Positions 49,634 through 64,000 of a stretch of DNA of 64,000 nucleotides are shown here, one piece after another. Source of the stretch: Squalus acanthias. Its lineage: Eukaryota. Made by a program: the position numbers and the translations under genes. Each line of letters starts with the position of its first letter. The first letter of the stretch is position 1. The notes below the pieces were generated by a model. It made no database searches, was not told the DNA's origin, and worked only from the letters and a program-made list of their open reading frames with translations. Location of the stretch: contig CM059437.1 of NCBI GenBank assembly GCA_030390025.1, positions 13,268,001 to 13,332,000 of the forward strand, written 5' to 3'.

Positions 49634-52454
49634 GATGCCAAACTGTTCTGGGACCTTGCATTTCCCTTGCTTTCCCTCTGCCATAGCTTCAAGAATATCC
49701 AGCTTCTTCATAGGTAAAATCCTACGTGCACCATTTCGCAGCAGATCTACATGCCAGTTTCTAGCTCAAGGTCACAGGATCACACCCAAGCATAGTACAG
49801 TATCTCCTGTGCTATGTTTAAGAATTTATTTTCAGATATCAAAGTGCTACTAACTGTTATATATTCAATAAGCAATTCTTACCCAAGTATAGTACAGTAT
49901 CTCCAGTGCTATGTTTAGGCAGTACAAACACAGAAAATTCTTGTGGAAATAAATTATGCCATATTGACTGTATAAAATGTAGGTCAACAAAAGTATCCCG
50001 TGTGTTAGCTAGATTCTGAAACTTCAGCTTAATCTCAATTTGAAGTTATCCATGGACAGAAATAATTAATGGTAATTTGACACTGCATCAGAGAAAGGCT
50101 CAGGTACATTCTTGTATTTCTAAATGGAGCGCTGTAATTGTCATCTTAAGGGAAAAATGGGAGGCAACGCCTTATGGTCAAAAGAGTTACAAATTAAGAC
50201 TTTTGCCTTGAACTCAAAAACACAGGCAAAGTAATACTGCATGGTATTTTCATTAAATGGGAGAAAACTGTGGCAGTTAAGGAATCGTCCCATCAGGGGC
50301 AAGATTTCTTTTGAACATTGAAGTTGTTGGGGGGGGAGGGGGCGCAAAATATTGTTTCTTGATGACATCAGGATCCCATTGAACACCCAAAAAAATAAAA
50401 TTGTAAAATTGCTTTTTGTGCATGGGAGGGCTTGTGTGGGTGGGAGGAGTTCTAGAAGTCGCCAAGCCAGTGCAGAATTTCATTGGTCCTTCCCTTTCTA
50501 CAGTACTATTCACAAAATGTTTGCATATGCATTACAACTACTTATAAAAAGATGTTCAATACCATAGTAAACATTAAACCAAGTGCTAATGAGTGTCCTC
50601 TACTGATGACTCTTATCGAGTGCCACTTTCAGTGAGTAGTGTATCTGCTGCAGGTTTAAACAGTTACTAGTAATAAAACCCTGTGAAATTCAGGTAATTT
50701 TGGCAGGGAATATTTGTGGTAAAGGACAGTATTGTTTGTGAAAGAGCATTTTATTTTAAATAATTGAAATAAGATGCTCAGTGGATTCTTTTGCAATGAC
50801 TTTTGAAGCAGTTATCTCTGTTTAGAATATTTTGATGAGCCTCCCTCTTGGAGTCAGGGCACACAAGGACTCTTGCTCAGGAACTCTGCAGTAGTGGATA
50901 CCACCCTGGGCAGTTTAAAAAAAAAGACACACCCACATCCCGTGACAGAAACGCCCTGAAAACAACTGCTGAGTGCGCACCTTCCAGACACCTTTCTGTT
51001 CTCAACTCATTTTCAAAGGGCTGGAAAAGCTCTTCAGATTTGTCAGAAGGATCATGGTTACTTATAAAAGTTATAATTCGTAACATTCTGTTATTGATGA
51101 GTGCATTATTTAAATTACTTTTGGCAACAAAATATGCAGCCACCACTCACGCCCGTTATACAACGATTGTTTAAACTGCCCGTGAAATTTACAAGACCTT
51201 AATTATTAGGCAGTGTTTTTCATTTGACCTGAAAATGGATCAGAATAGTAAGAAATCAGAATCCTGATGGTCATTGCACATCCTGTAAACTCATTCTTGT
51301 CTTCAGTCAAAAGTATTTGTTCTCGTCAATTTGATTATTAAAAATAGCTCTGGTTAGAATATTGGCTGAAGGTGCATTAGATTAAACAACGATAAGGATA
51401 CAGAAGGCTGGCAGAAGTTCTGATTGGCTGAGAACCAGTGTAAAACTCACAGTTCGCACTTGGTCTGATCATCAGAGCTGTTGCTGTGAAACAAGAGATT
51501 CACAGATACGAACAGAAAATCAAAAAGTATTAAAAATTCATAGCTATACTGGAATAGCAGAAATGAATAGGGTGTATGTGCATTTATCCTGTACCACAGC
51601 AATCCCGTGTGCTGAATCTCCTCCCTCATTAAAACAGACAACTCCATTAGCATCATGTTGAAATCCCACCTTGACTGGCAAGTAATGACCTTGGCCCAAC
51701 TGGTCAACTGCCAAGATTGGTTGCGTCATTGATGACAGCACTGAATGAAGTTAGGTATGTTAGAGGGTGAGCGTGAAGGAAACTCAAGTGTGTGCTCGAC
51801 TTCCAATCAGAGTTGCAGAGGTTTTGGAGAGCTCTGTTATCATTCTTCCACTATCAGTAAGAGTCCAGACTATGGAGTTTGGGAGGCTACAACTGAAAGG
51901 TAATTTTAGGATACCTGTGGTAGATAAGGTCTTCCTCGTTCTTTGATATTCTTTAGTCTACCGACTTATTTATGCCTCAATCTTTTTTCCAAGTTCAGCT
52001 CCAAGAATCTCTCATCATAACTTAGAGCTTACCGTTCAGAATTATCAGTCATCTCTGAACCATCTCCAACACATTAATGCCCTTATGAAGCCAGAAGGCC
52101 CAAAATACCAGGGAAGATTTTCTGCCTCCATGCACCCTAGTCTATGACTTCCTATACATTTATTTTAATGGATGTAAAATCAAAGGCTGGGGGTGTGCAA
52201 TTTCCAGTGTACTAGGAGTACCAAAGCAGAAAATGTCCCTTAATATTCCAAGTAAGGGTCACCAGTAAACTGTGCAAGGTTTGGACAGCATATTTCGACA
52301 TAGAGCCAAATGTCCTTGACAAGCATCAAATATTTTTAAGAATGGCTTCACATCGATTTGAAACTTTCAGTGAATGATCAACAATCACATCTAAAGCTTT
52401 TTCCTTTTTTTCCCCCAGTTTTGCTAATAGACCCCCCCTTCATCAAGTAAATTC

Positions 52455-53372
52455 CTTGACTGGAGTACCCCAAAGTTCTATCCTTGGCTCCTCCTTTTCC
52501 TTATTTACATGTTGCTTCTCAGTGATGCACACCAATTGAATGGATCGTTTCTATATCTATGCTGATGACACTCCGCTCTACCTTTCCACCACCATCACTG
52601 ACTCTACGACCACCGCTAATATTTTTAGACTGTCCATCTGACCTCAAGTTTTAAATGAGTCAGAATGTCCTCCAATTGAACACTGAAATGACAAACTATC
52701 TTATTCAGCTCCTGCCAAAAACTCTGTTCTTATCCCTGGCTCCATTCCCCTCCCTGGCTGCTTAATCAGGCTGAAACCATGAAATGTGCAACCGCAGTGT
52801 CCCAATTTAAGCTTCAAAAGACCATAGTCTGTCCATTAGAAATTGCTTACTTCCACCTAACCTGCCTCCATCCTTACCAAATTACCAGTATCCATGCTTT
52901 GTTACTTCCAGACTTGCCTTCTCCAACCTCATCATTCTCCATTCCTCATCACCAACCCACGCTGTACCCTACACAAACTGCAACTCAACCAAAACTCTGC
53001 ACTCACATCTGTCCTATACTAAGTCCCACTGGTCAATCACCCTTGCACTCACTGACCTCCATTGTCTTCCTACTCCCCAAATCAACAAATCCAAAATCCA
53101 TCAACCTCCTCCAGTTCTCTGACTTTTGTGTTTACTCTCCTCTCCCATAAATGGCAGAGCTTTCAGCCACCTTGGCCTTACTTTCTGGAACTCCCTTTTA
53201 AATCACACTGCCTTGCTTTTTTCTCTGATCAACTTTAAAAGCTTGCTCAAAACTTAACTTTTGGACCATACTTTGTTACCTCATCCATGACTGCATGGCA
53301 TCCATTTCTCCTGCAAAGCACTGTGGAAAAATTTCTATGTTAAAGCCGCTATTTGAACATAAATTGTTGTTC
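52455..53372 (+). mobile_element. Decayed L2-like LINE 3' fragment
   Basis: GVPQ.S.LG and YADD remnants, with a tail resembling the DeuSINE tail. Confidence 0.7.
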
Positions 53373-54829
53373 TTTCCTGTTCCAATATGTATTCATTTTA
53401 TTTATCTACATTAAAATCCATCACCTTTTCTTTAGCCTATCTGCTTAATTGGTCCAGATCTATGAACCTTGCAGTTGTCACCGGACTATGAAACGAACGC
53501 TGGAAATTTTTTCGGGACTTCTCCCACTGCACCACATGTTTGGCAGAATTTGGGGAGCAGGCCTAGGGAAATTCCTGATATTAGTGTCATTCATAAAGTT
53601 TGTGTTACACGAGCTTCATATCACTTCACTCTACATCAATGCATGTTTCTTCACAATGTCGATGTGTTTTAATCATGATTTAAACTCCTAAGCCTCCGAC
53701 AGACAATAATTAACCAAAGTTAAAATCTGGATGGCAAGTCAACACAAATTTTTCATCAGTATTGCCCATAATTTTAGTCTCACCTTGTTAATTCACCAAT
53801 ATGGAAATTAAAATTTTTTATATGCAGTTTGTGTAGAAAGAATAAATGAGTAATTGTTACCTGTATTTGATGTCCTTGTGCACTTGCATCCAGGAGCCAT
53901 TGGATAGTGATCAGGAGCAGGAGCCCGGATTCATTTGTCCCCTTCTTTTTCCAGGGACTTAGTCTAGTTGAACTGCCCTTACCACCACTTCAGCTGAGAT
54001 CAGAAAACTCAGCACAGACCAGAGGTCGAACTTAAAATTTAGTTGGTCTGTATGGCTCACAGCTCATCATTTTCTTTCCAAGCCACTAGGGCATGCAGAT
54101 TGTTTTCCTTGAAGTTAATTGCAGGCATCCAATTTCCATTCCAACATAATCAATAACTGGCATGTCTTGTGCCTCTGTTCATTCACAGAAGAGCGTTTAT
54201 ACTTTACTAGCACTTCCAAGTCTCAAATGGCTCTTCTGATCCACAAAAGTCTTTCAAACATTTGTACAGCTTCTTCCTGAAGCTTCCCTCAGTACTTTCT
54301 AATCTTAAATGAGTAAACAGTATTTCCTGACATATAGCTAATGTAACATATTATGCATTACATCTTGTACAAATATGACAAACACTAATTCAGAAAATCT
54401 ACTCCATAGTATCAGTACATATTACAGCCTCCTTCAAATGAAAATTCCCTACTTATATGGGCTGAAATTCAGTTTCTAGGAATAGATTCAAAAGCATACA
54501 AGTCAGTCCATTCAAAAATACATTTCCTACCTGTGCCAATTTGTTCTCAATCGCTTGTGTGACAATTCTGAGCAAGAGTTTCACTTATGAGTGGGGCCTC
54601 TTCCCACTAACGTCACCCCCCGCCCCCCTACCCCAACATATTTGACTTGTATTCACAGTAGAAATAAAATATCCCATTAGCAGACAAATGCCTGCAATTT
54701 CTACAGGGATTCTCCCAATTTTTCACCGTGACTGCGGCGGAAGATCAGTGGAAACCCCAGAGAAATGACAACCAGCCGCTTAAGTCAGTCTTCCGGCATA
54801 GTTACAGCGATCATGAGAATGTTGGCAAG

Positions 54830-55066
54830 GATACCCAGAAAATTCCCCTGCTCTTCTTTGAATGGTACCATGGGATCTTTTAGGTCTACCTGAGAGAGCA
54901 CACTATGCCTCGGTTTAATGTCTCATCTGAAAGATGGTAATTTAGCACCCCCCCCCATTACTGTACTCTAATATCAGCCTGGATTCTGAACATAAATCAT
55001 GGATAGAGCTTGAATGCATAACTGTCTGGCTCAGAAACAGGAATGCCACGGAGCTGGGGCTGACAC
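54830..55066 (-). mobile_element. Old DeuSINE fragment
   Basis: CCATGGGATCTTT...CCTCGGTTTAATGTCTCATCTGAAAGA is the reverse complement of the Deu core. Confidence 0.7.
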
Positions 55067-57106
55067 TTTGAATGCACTTAATGAATACAAGTCAGAGGAA
55101 GTCATGATCTGAGAGGTAATCTTAGAGGTATACAAGATAATAAATGATACAGAAATATAAATCAATAAAATGAAACAATTGGCATAAATTGCAACCAATC
55201 AGGAATAAACAAAGCATCAGCAGGAGGAAAAGCACACAGCAACAAAGCCCAATTCAATATTTGAAATTGCAGGCTGGTACTCTAAATTGAGCGCCCCAGG
55301 CTTCCAACACCAAAGAAAACATTTTCCAGGGATTTTACTCTGAATAGTTAATTGTTTAAGGGTTCAATGTTAGTGATTACTTCCATTGCTATGTTTCCAG
55401 ATAACTGAAGTGTCAAATTGGCAGCTTACTTGAGCAATTTGATAGCCCTGCTTCTACTAATTGCGAGTTCGGGATTCATACCTTTAAAAAAAAATGGAGG
55501 GATTTCATTGGCCAGTATTTGGATTCTTTTTTGTTCCTTGTGGTACCCACCAATTGAATCAACTGCTTTTGGTTCAGTCAGGTTTAGTCAATTGGATAAG
55601 TGATTGGTAACCGAGCAAATAAGTGCTTATTTCAGCCATCACTAACTTTAGGCCCAAGATGTGTGTCGCCTGAGGTGTGACACCGACAAGGCCATGTTTT
55701 GAAAGGCGTGGCTCAATGGATGCAGGCTAGATACACAACTTTTAATTATACATATAGTGACGGTTAACAATATAAAAAATTGTAGAGGAATCAGGAGAGC
55801 TAAATCATCGGTAGATATAATTATTAACCAATGGTGCATCAGCTTTAACTGTCCACATCCATTCACCTTCAACATTGCATGGCTCAATAATGCCTGCAAG
55901 TTGAGTTTCTGTGACAAGGTCAGTCATCAGTACTCTGTTTTTGAACAAGTATCTTTCACATCAAATATAAAACCCATAGAATAGCATAAAAAGAATGTTA
56001 TCTTTGTAACTACTTCTTTAAAAAGAAAAGCCTCGATGGTGACACTTGCTCTGTAAAACGTTACTTGACTGAGAATCGAATGCCCTACTCTGTCAAGAAA
56101 GTAGAGTACGGAATTTGACATTTTACATTTGCAGTAGACACAAATGCGATAATCACGTATGATCTTAACACCGCTGTGCATCATGAAGAAATAAACCCGA
56201 CAAACGTTTTTACAGCATGGATTTAAGCTTGACATTTAGCTGTGGGATGAAGTTGGAATCCATTTTTTTTTAAAAAGCAAACCATTTGCTGTACCTGGAT
56301 TTGCACGTTCATTCCTTGGAAAGTAGTTTGATATGATTTACCTTTTTGTATGCTCAGGGCTCAATGCCATTCTAAAGTTATAAGCAGGATCGCTCATACA
56401 AAGTGTTGTGATTAAATTTCATAGTGCTGTCTCTTGTAATTGCAAAAAGAAATTGCTCTCTTAGGCCTACTGAAAATGCAAATGTCCACACCAAGCCTTT
56501 TGATACCCATAATTTAACAATAAAGCAAGAAATTATAATTAACATTTTTCACATCAGTAAAATATGCAGTATGTAAATTTGGTAACATCTGGTATATAAG
56601 GTGCAACGCTGTGCACTTTGTTAGAGTTTAATTGTGGTTTACAATGCTCTTGCAGGACAACTTCTTAAAAAAATGGCAATTGTAAAAAAAAAAGCTGCAG
56701 AATTATGATCAATGTGAGAGCATCAAGAAAATATGGGAGTCAAGAAATCACTAAATAGCACAAATGGACAAGTAGTGCTGCCCCAGCCCAAAGGAAAGTT
56801 ACTAAATGGTGGTATCCAATTTTCTTTATTCTGCGCATTTTTCTCATATTACTATTTTGTGTACAAATGAGATTCTTGAAAATCGATGTTCAACTGAACT
56901 ATAAAAGAGGACAACGCGGATGTTACAACCCTGAAGAGATAAAAATTAAAGGTTAGTGCTTTAATCAATGCCTAGCAACTGAACACAAATTGCAAAAAGA
57001 CATGTACCATTTAAAAAAAAAAATTTGCACCAACTGCCTTTGTTGTGCTCAACTTTAACGTTTTGGTAGTAAAGCCTAGTAAAATAAATAGTTTTGTCCA
57101 GACTTT

Positions 57107-58017
57107 GGCCCCAAGTTCGCAGTCGGTACGCTGTCATACCGCCTTTGAAATTGACCGCAAATTCGGGATTAACCGCATGTGTTAAATCCCAAACTTGCGA
57201 CTGCACATTGGCTTCACTGCATGTTTCACCTACCCATTCAAATCAACGTGCTGGCGAAAAGTTGGACTAATTGCCCACCTACTGCGCATTAATTACCCTG
57301 ACATTTTTAATGTCTGGTGCAAACATTCGCGGGAGCCTGTTGCACAGAGTAGAGGGGGGAGGGAGGATGAGAAAATTGTATGAGTTTATGCTAGAGGGGC
57401 ACTGGTTCATGTCTGAGCGGATACAAACTTTGAAAGAAACTTTAATTTGCTTGAATTTGAAAACAGGGCCTTTTAGTGTCACCGTCTTTTTGCTGCCCAA
57501 AAGCCTTTTGTAGTTTCAGTTTAATCATTTCCCAACTTCTATTTAGATAGGATTTAATTCACTTTCATGATTTCCTCATGTTATCAGACATTTAAACTCT
57601 GAATTATAGATTATTTAAATTAATCAAAATTTAGTCTAATAGAGAAACGAATTCGATAGGACTATAATTAATTATAGGTTTGTGCATTATAATCTTGGTT
57701 TGTGTATTAATAAATTACAATCATTGCATATATTTAATAAAATAGCATTTCTGGCTGCTAAATTATTTTAAATGAGTTGTGGGCAAATTAGCAATCTCCT
57801 GTTTCCTGATTGGCTGAGAGTCAGGAAAGGAAATGAGCACTGCCCCACATGATCCCAGGCTCGCATACGCACAACGGTGCACCCCTACGCTGCACACAAC
57901 TCTGCAACGTTTGAAAGCAACTTTTCCAAAGGGAGGTTTGCACGAGGTAAGTGCGGATTTCGTTCGAATGTCGGCGGCGTACACCTTAGCTACGCCGCCG
58001 ACCGCGAATTCAAGGCC
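57107..58017. mobile_element. Harbinger-type MITE
   Basis: 20-bp imperfect TIR GGCCCCAAGTTCGCAGTCGG / CCGACCGCGAATTCAAGGCC with flanks TTT/TTA. A 12-bp subterminal hairpin lies at 57970-58002. Confidence 0.75.
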
Positions 58018-59074
58018 TTATCTTTTCATGTTCTTGTATCGGGTTACTGGAAGGATTTTCAGTTAATCATGACCCCCAAAAAGTTCATGCTGGAAGTGAC
58101 CAATTTTATCCAGCACTTCCCTGGATAAAGTTTTGTTTACAGAATTAGTGTGGGGAATGCAGCATAAGTCTAAACAACTCGAGTTAGCATTGCATTACAC
58201 ACATGAAACAATGTTCAAAAACAAATTTGTGAAGCTCTATCAAGTATTGAGAACATCAGAGATGGAAGGGTTTGAATAAGCAATAATGGACATGCGCCAG
58301 TGTAGTATAATGGAATGAAGAATAAGCTGGCAGATAAAAGGACAAAATACATAGGTGACATTCTTTAATACATCAGCCTATCCTCATATCATTTTGCTAT
58401 GTTCACATGAGCAATGAAAGCGGACCATACAGTTTATAGTTTCAGGAATGTAAAGCTATGCTGCCATCAGCTGTGGTGTACAGAGTATAGCTGAACTTTA
58501 AAACAAAATCATAAAGCATCACGATGCAAACTCAACCATAAGTTTCCAGTCTGATCTATACTATTTTTTTTTTTAAAACTCTGCACCATCCAGACAAACC
58601 ATTTTCTTACTTTGGAGAGGGAATAAAAAGGGACAAAGAGCAGGACTGGGAGAAGACTGTCTGCTCAAACTCTTTGAAAGTGACAATTTATTCGGGCAGA
58701 GTAAGGGGAAGACAGGTAGAAAAATGTATTTTAAGCTGTTGATAGCACAGCCAAACTTCACTGAAACTATGCCCGAGTTTCAGAACTAAATTTACAGGAT
58801 GCAAGGACTGTTCGCGGCATCCATTTTCATCCAAAACATTTGTAAAATTTGAGATCTCAACTGTGGTAACGGGACAATACAAGTTAAGAGCCATTTTAAT
58901 CACCATCTCAAAAGGAGATCAGCCTTTTCAAATAAGTTTGAGGTGTCCTCAAAGCATAACATTACAAACACTACTGAATCAAATCAAAATAGCAGACTTT
59001 GCTCTAATAAATAAAACAGTTTGGGAAAAAGATTTCAATACAAATTCTGTTTGTGACTAACTCTTTAAAAATAA

Positions 59075-60292
59075 TAATTTCTGCACAAAATTTATTCACT
59101 AAACAAAAGTTGAACTTACTGTCAAAATCATACAATTAATCAATGTTTCACAATATTATTTCTGGGGAAAAGGATTTCCTCTGAAGAGGAAATACACAAA
59201 AGGCATTTCAATACAAAATAGTATTTTATTTATATTTTCCAAAGAAAGATTGGGGAGTTCACCATTTTAAATTTTGTTTCCCCACTTCTGAACAGCAATG
59301 AATCAAAGGAGGCAATGTAACCTGGGGACAGGTTGTTATAAATTAACCGTTTCCTTCTTGGGTAGAAACAGTTGAGAGTGTGTTTGACAATAGCTTGAAT
59401 TCAAGAGCTGAAGTAGGACTGGTTTTTCTTCATTGAACAAGAAAACGTGTTCATCAACTCTTATTCCGTTTGCTAATCCATCCGAGAAAAATGCTAATAC
59501 ATTTTTCACACATTCTACACATGTAACCTCAGTATTCATTAGAAAACACATTTACACAGCCATAGCTCTTATGTATCTAAACACAGTTTAGCTTAGAATG
59601 CTAGGAGCACAAGAGGGTAAAGTCTAAACTGAACGGTTTCTTCCCATGTTTTTAAAATTTGACCCAAATGTGGTTTCATTTTTCCTTGTAAAAATGTTTT
59701 TATTATAATGATAATACAAGTGCTACTTAGACAGTTCTCTTTTGACTGTTGTCGCAAACGTGCACACTTTGGGTCAGATGTGGCTAAGGACACCAACATA
59801 TTCGTGTTTTCACTGGAATAACAAAAGAAGCCCATTGACATCAACGGCATCCACAGCCTGGCTGCTTTTCTCCCCCTCCATTTAGAGGTTGTCCATTTGA
59901 CTCTAGACGCCCCATCCATTTTCTTGTGCTGACAGAAGCTGGCTTCAAGTTCAAGAAATGAAGTAGTGCAAGTTAAACGGCCATCCTTTTCTTTCCCCCC
60001 CCCCCCCACCACCCCCCATAATGAAAGCTTCTGGGCCAACATCTAAAAATATCCGTTAAAAAAAACAGCGGGAATCCGTTCAGCCAAGTCTAGGGGACAC
60101 AAGACAATGCAGCAAAAGTTGTGTGTTTTGTTTTTCTCCCCAAAGTGCTTAGTGCAGAAAGGTCATTAGCACACCAAGCACGGTCTTTCCCACGGCGGGA
60201 AGCGCGTCAGAAAGCTTCATACATTGCATTGTGCAACATTGTGATCGGGTCAGTGCTGTTAAAATGATACGCTCCGTTTTCTAAATGTCACT
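59075..60292 (-). other. SPOP: Probable SPOP 3' UTR with AATAAA signals at 59225-59230 and 59091-59096
   Basis: TE-free, U-rich sequence downstream of the stop codon. The exact end is unknown. Confidence 0.6.
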
Positions 60293-60499
<207 letters not shown>

Positions 60500-60539
60500 T
60501 CAATATATTAGTGTCCATTTCCAAGATAAGATGTCATTT

Positions 60540-60755
60540 TTCCAGTGTCCTGGCCAATATTTATCCCTCAATCAACATAAAAGAGAGACACTATCTGGTC
60601 ATTATCACATTGCTGTGCACAAATTGGTGGCCATGTTTCTGACATTACAACAGTGACTACATTTCAAAAGTACTTCATTGGCTGTAAAGTGCTTTGGGAC
60701 ATCCGGGGGGGGGGGGTCATGACAGGCGCTATATAAATGCAAGTCTTTCTTTCTA
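60540..60755 (+). mobile_element. DeuSINE 3' half in a SPOP intron
   Basis: GTGTCCTGGCCAATATTTATCCCTCAA...AAATGCAAGTCTTTC. Confidence 0.8.
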
Positions 60756-61829
60756 CTTTGCCGAAACTTAACGTTGCCAGTTTTATTCCCCTGTATACCC
60801 ACGAGAATTTAAAATTTACCAAGCAACCAAATTTGTATAAAGAAATGTAATAGTTATAACCGAGTGCTACTTGTTGGTTACAACACTTTCAAAATGGAAC
60901 CATCCACTGAAAATCACAAATTTTCACACACACACACGGAGAATACCCCACCTGTTCCATTTCATATGACCAGGTTTAAAAGATCACGATCAGTTAATGG
61001 GCTACAAACAGGAGTCCAAGTACATCCCTCAAACCCATGCAGATTACCAGCATTCAGGAGGAGGAGGAGAAATAGGGGTATCAGTGAGAGCTGGTAAGCA
61101 TTTCTGGCAAGTACAGCAATTTGCACATATGTAGCAACAAATATTCACTCATTCACAGCATTTTGGAGCAGATGATATGGCCCCTTCCATTTGGCTATAG
61201 CTACATTTTAGACTAATACAAACTCTAACTTAATTTACAGTAGAAGGACAAAAATGCCAGAGCTGCTTAATTAATTATTGTGCCTCTTAATAATGTCTGT
61301 GAAAAGACAACTTTATTCTCTCTCCAAAGGTAGGATTAGGCCCTGGATCAACACATGGAAACGCAATGACTTGTCCATAAAAACTCAGCTATAAAAGCCT
61401 CTTCTACCTTAACACTAATAAAATGTTTAGATTTGAGTCCACACAACTCTTTTTTTTTTAATTACATAATGAATTAAAAACTTGTATTAAAAAGGTGTAA
61501 AGTCCTAGTGGACTACAAATCTGCTCTAGTTGACTTTGACAAATTTATGAAAGCCTGCAAGTGAAGGATTTCATCTTTCATTTTCTTTCACTGGAGCGCA
61601 GTGTATTCTCCATGAGGCCAGAATCAATCAGTGTTTTTAGTATGGATCAAAGTGTGACTGCTAGACCAGAGGCTGCAAAAGTGACCAAATTATTCTGCAA
61701 AAATCTATTTCGAATCGAATAGCAAGCCACGTTAAATTGGAAATTCAGATGGCAATAAACAAGATGATCATTAGTGAAGTCATTAATTTCACTTAGAGGT
61801 ATCAACTTGATTCAGTTGTTTCCATTCTG

Positions 61830-62170
61830 GCCTCCAAGTCAGAAGGTGGCTCAAGCCCCACTCCAGTACTTGAGCACAAAATCTAGGCTGGCATTTCATG
61901 CTGCATTGTCACAAGTGCCATCTGACACTAAACAAGGCCTCAACCTGGCTGTGTTGGTGGTTCAAGTAGATAGTGAAGGTTCCACGGCACTACTGGAATA
62001 ACAGGCAGTACTTCCAGCCATCATTCTTCCCTCAACCAAAACCAATAAATGAACGGCTTAACTGATCATTCATCTCACTGTCTGTGGGATCTTGCAGTGT
62101 GCCAAATGGCTGCCACACTTTGCTCCACACAACAGTTAATTTATTCTATGTGAGGTGCTTTGGAATATTT
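61830..62170 (+). mobile_element. Old diverged DeuSINE
   Basis: Degenerate head (AGTCAGAAGGT...CCCACTCCAG) and core. Confidence 0.6.
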
Positions 62171-62174
62171 GAGA

Positions 62175-62484
62175 TCACAGAATCCCCACAGTGCAGATAG
62201 AAGCCATTTCGGCCCATCGAGCCTGCACCGACACATATCCCACCCTATCCCCGTAACCCCACGTATTTAATCCCCCCTAACACTAAGGGTCAATTTATCA
62301 TAGCCAAATTAACCTAACCCGCACATCTTTGGACTGTGGGAGGAAACCGGAGCACCCGGAGGAAATCCACGCAGACACGGGGAGAATGTGCAAACTCTAC
62401 ACAGAGAGTCACCCGAGGCCGGATTCGAACCCGGGTCCCTGGTGCTGTGAGGCAACAGTGCTAACCACTATGCCACCGTGTTGC
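62175..62484 (-). mobile_element. HE1-like V-SINE
   Basis: tRNA head CACGGTGGCATAGTGGTTAGCAC...GGTTCGAATCC on the minus strand, V-domain and CR1-like tail. Confidence 0.88.
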
Positions 62485-64000
62485 ATAGTGATTAGATGTT
62501 ATATATGTGCAAGTGTTCTTTCTTTACACAGGAAATGGTTTTGTGGCTCAAACTGGTTTCACAGATTTAGGAGCTTACTTTATATTTCTACATTTGTAAG
62601 TCTGTGACCTCATGAAAGCAAACATGAGACTGGCAGTTAACTGTGTAGTCTTTTAATAGTAATGAAATATTTAAAAAAAGTTGACTGCCAGTTATTAAAT
62701 AGTCACTAAATATTTGAAAACTTATTTTAAATACGAGTTGTGTACAGCTTCTTCCCAGACAGAAATGCCCTTCATTCAAGGCAATTCAAGGCCCAATTTG
62801 CAAATGCACAGAGGCCAATTTAAGATAATACATCACACATACCGCACTCCAGACAAATTCCACAGATTTTATTTCTAAATACCAGAGAACTGCTGGTGGG
62901 GGTGTGGAAGAGACTTTGGCCAGAAGGGTATCTCCTATACATATTCTGGTCATGTTCAACCATTCTGGATAGCAGTCCATCCAGTCCATCAAACCGCGAG
63001 GAGCATGACCAGTCTTGCAATCCCAGAAGACCCAGCTCAGTGCTTCTTGCGCCTGCTTATCGGAAAAGGAAGGGCCTTCTTACAATGTACCTCCACCTGA
63101 AACTGGATGAATACCAAGGAGTCTGGGGGCTGTTCTTAAAGGCTCACTCAGCATAAAACTGTCCCACCAGCACAGCAACCCACCTACCTACTGGTCACAT
63201 GAAGGGCAATGATCTCAACCAACATGATCATGAGCATTTAGGGACTTTTCAGCTGTCCCCAAGTGTAACTAATTCCCAGAAACCGTATCATAACTATTCC
63301 AGCTGATCTTTGTCAATGCTTCACAAATGTGGTATGTCCTGCCATGCATTTCACTTATTGCGGTTACTTAACAAAAAAAAATTCATGCTAACAAGGAGAT
63401 CCTGACTACCATTCCATTTAAAACTCAAGGGAAATTTTGCATTGTGCATACAGTATGGTCAGTCTCAGGCAGACTGCCATGTGAGACTTAGTGGTGAAGG
63501 CAAGGAGCCTTAGCATCTTTTGTCACCTTCCAATTTGAAGGAAGAATGTGTATAGACTGGCTGGTTTGGGGAGGAGCTAACAGAAAGCTAAACAATGTTA
63601 CTTTTGCTGGTATCCTCCCCATCCCCTTCCCAAGGGTGCTGACTCTTGCTAGGATATAGCCCACAGAGGTACTGGCAGCCTGTGAGAGTCTTAGCAGTGA
63701 GTGTCAGTAGGTGATTCAATCATGAAAGCATCACACCAAAGCCAATTACTCTTCTCACTCACACATTGAGTCACTGGGCAGTGATTTGGGAGTGGGAACC
63801 CTGCCTCATTTTTCCTTCCTCATGCATAGTTGGCAGAAGGAAAGAGTAGCCCCAATTGGTGTCCTGGTTGAGATCAGCATTGACCAGGATGTAAACTTAG
63901 CCTGTGTGGCTTAATATTAAACCAGACTACATCATCACAGGCCACAAGACTGCTGGGCAGCTAAGCTAACAAATGTTAATTTAAAAAGTATTTTCAACAA

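Noticed and set aside
1-59000. NXPH3 or another neighbouring host gene
   Set aside because: No neurexophilin-like or other recognisable host protein motifs were found in the ORF track. Small exons cannot be excluded.

Overview
Vertebrate genomic DNA, very probably from a shark or other cartilaginous fish (inferred from HE1/V-SINE-like and DeuSINE/SacSINE1-like repeats). The only host gene is the last coding exon and 3' UTR of SPOP (minus strand, ~59.1-60.4 kb). The rest is intergenic and rich in transposons. The centrepiece is a complete PIF/Harbinger element (19399-27809; TIRs, AAT TSD) with a near-intact DDE transposase and a convergent, decayed three-exon Myb/SANT gene. A compact, GC-rich CsRn1-clade Gypsy LTR element (21332-25629) has inserted between these two genes. 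The window also holds about a dozen other Harbinger-type derivatives and MITEs, a full-length decayed RTE LINE, L2/CR1 relics and many SINEs. The most interesting observations are (i) a ~740-bp MITE family (3 copies) with covarying hairpins, promoter motifs and three conserved splice donors, (ii) a Penelope-type fragment carrying a minimal hammerhead ribozyme, (iii) repeated Harbinger derivatives that keep the Myb gene but have lost the transposase core, and (iv) a visible C-NNN-R target preference. Family names come from recalled consensus features, not database searches. Some boundaries are approximate.
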